Notes under the pieces: generated by a model
What the model saw: the letters and a program-made list of their open reading frames with translations, nothing else
Databases searched by the model: none
Told to the model about the DNA's origin: nothing
Shown here: positions 62,525-64,000 of the stretch, piece by piece
Numbering within the stretch: position 1 is the stretch's first letter
Layout: every line of letters starts with the position of its first letter
Translations under genes and position numbers: made by a program
Source: Anthoceros angustus
Lineage: Eukaryota; Plantae; Anthocerotophyta
Assembly: GCA_010909165.1 (NCBI GenBank)
Contig: VJWM01000323.1
Span: forward strand, 5,738-69,737
Length of the DNA: 64,000 bases
Direction of reading: 5' to 3'

Positions 62525-62644
62525 ATGCATGCAAGATCTTGTCCGTAAAGGAAACATGCTTGCACACAAATCTTGATATAAAGGCGGGTTCATGTACAAG
62601 TAGATGTTTACATCTTTACGGCGTATGTGTTGAGAGACTGTGTA

Positions 62645-62985
62645 TATTGCCCTCGGGGTGTGTGAGAAGCCGGCTTGCCATCGGGGTGTGTGGCGTGGGG
62701 AGCTTGTGCGGCTAGTGTACTTGAGGGCCATGCGGCTTGCCATCGGGGTATGTGAGGTGGGGAGCTTGTGTAGCTAGTGTAATTGAGGCCATGCGGCTGC
62801 CAGTGTGTGAGGTGGGGAGCTTGTAGCTAGTGTAATTGAGGGCCATGGGGCCGCCATCGGGGTGTGTGAGGCCGGGCTTGCCATCGGGATGTGTGAGTGG
62901 GAGCTTACAGTATGTAGTGTAATTGAGGCCATGCGGCGCCATCGGGGTGTGTGATGAGAGCACTGTGTATTATAATTGAGAGTCT
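62645..62985. repeat. Minisatellite, ~55-80-bp degenerate unit, ~5 copies
   Basis: Repeats of GCCATCGGGGTGTGTGAGGTGGGGAGCTTGT..AGCTAGTGTAATTGAGGCCATGCGG. Confidence 0.8.
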
Positions 62986-63635
62986 ATGTGTTTGAGAGAA
63001 GCGCTGAAGCCAACCATGCCTCTGCACATTTAGAAGCCTTGGGAAGGTCATGAGAAGTGCGGGAAGGCTTTGTAAAGCGCGGGAAGAAGAAGCCTGGCCG
63101 ATTTGGCGTCCATCCGTACACAAGGCCCATTGCACCTTGTTGCTTAAGATTGTCGACTTGGCTTTGCGCAGCTTCAAGGATTGCTTGAGAGAGATTGCAC
63201 GACTTTGCTTAGAGCGGTCACATGTTAGTCGGTGCCTCCCTCTCTCGCCGAGATCTTGGTCGCGGGCCTTGTGCGTTGTGTAGGGAATGACAGCAGGCCG
63301 GACGTCGCGCGACCAGTCTTGCCCGCCTGGGCCGGAAGGTGAAGGTCAGTGGCCGTCCAGACACCGCCGCTGCATTCCCTTCCAAATTCATCGGCAAGAG
63401 GGCAACAAGTGCGCGCCGGACGTGACACTTGTTTGCCCTCTTGCCGGTCCTTCGAGAGCGCAGCAGGGCGGGCCGACGTCCGCCAGACTTGCTCTTTGCC
63501 GCCCTCGGGTCCTCAGGGAGGGGCAGCAGCGCGCGCCGACGTCCGCCACTCGCTGTTTCCGATCCTCAGTGGAGAGCAGCGGGCGCCGGACGGCCGCACT
63601 TGCGGCCGCTGCACTTCCACACCCACCGCTTTAAA

Positions 63636-64000
63636 AAGCAGAAGGATGTCCGGCGACTTTCTCCTAAAAAACATCAACAGAGGAAAGGAAGACAGAGGTT
63701 CAATCAAAGCAAGCTTTAATGAATCAAGCAGGGCTCGAAATCATAGCGTCTCTTCTTCAGCTGAGAGAGCATACACGGACGTCCGGGCGACTTTTACGCC
63801 CACTTCCTCCACACCTACCGCGGGTTAACAAGAAAGGTGCGACGTCCGGCGCACTTTCTCGTAAAAACATCAACAGAGGAAAGGAAGAGCGGAGGTTCAA
63901 TCAAAGCAAGCTTACCAGAATCGAGCAGCTCGAAATCACAGAACGCCTTCTTCCTTCGTGGTGCTTCGAATCTTTCTTGAGCCTGCGCAGGAGCTACAAC
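63636..64000. repeat. ~196-bp tandem duplication, possibly continuing past the window edge
   Basis: AAAACATCAACAGAGGAAAGGAAGA..GGTTCAATCAAAGCAAGCTT at ~63668 and ~63864. Confidence 0.8.

Noticed and set aside
62645-62985. Repeat array as a possible CRISPR
   Set aside because: Degenerate contiguous units with no unique spacers, no cas genes, and a eukaryotic context.

Overview
Eukaryotic, streptophyte-type (non-seed plant or streptophyte alga; inferred) genomic DNA. About 85-90% of the window is nested, decayed transposable elements. These are two Ty1/Copia elements, several Athila/Tat-like Gypsy pieces including two ~4.7-4.8 kb solo-LTR-like insertions with perfect 5-bp TSDs, a CACTA element, a CCCTA-terminated CACTA-like element with a huge (GAG)n tract, and a CRE-clade non-LTR element. 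A small clean gene island (~54.6-59.6 kb) holds two intact minus-strand intron-containing genes: enhancer of rudimentary homolog (ERH, 104 aa) and actin-depolymerizing factor (ADF, 139 aa). The most notable structure (41.9-43.9 kb and 49.4-50.6 kb, split by the CACTA) is a tandem ~1.65-kb unit with a retroviral-type aspartic protease and a C5 cytosine DNA methyltransferase remnant. Both copies read Ser at the catalytic Cys (GWESQG) and lack the stretch between motif VI and motif X. Each unit also shares a ~90-bp segment with the adjacent LTR. All assignments are by eye; no database searches were run, and TE boundaries without TSD/TIR evidence are approximate.
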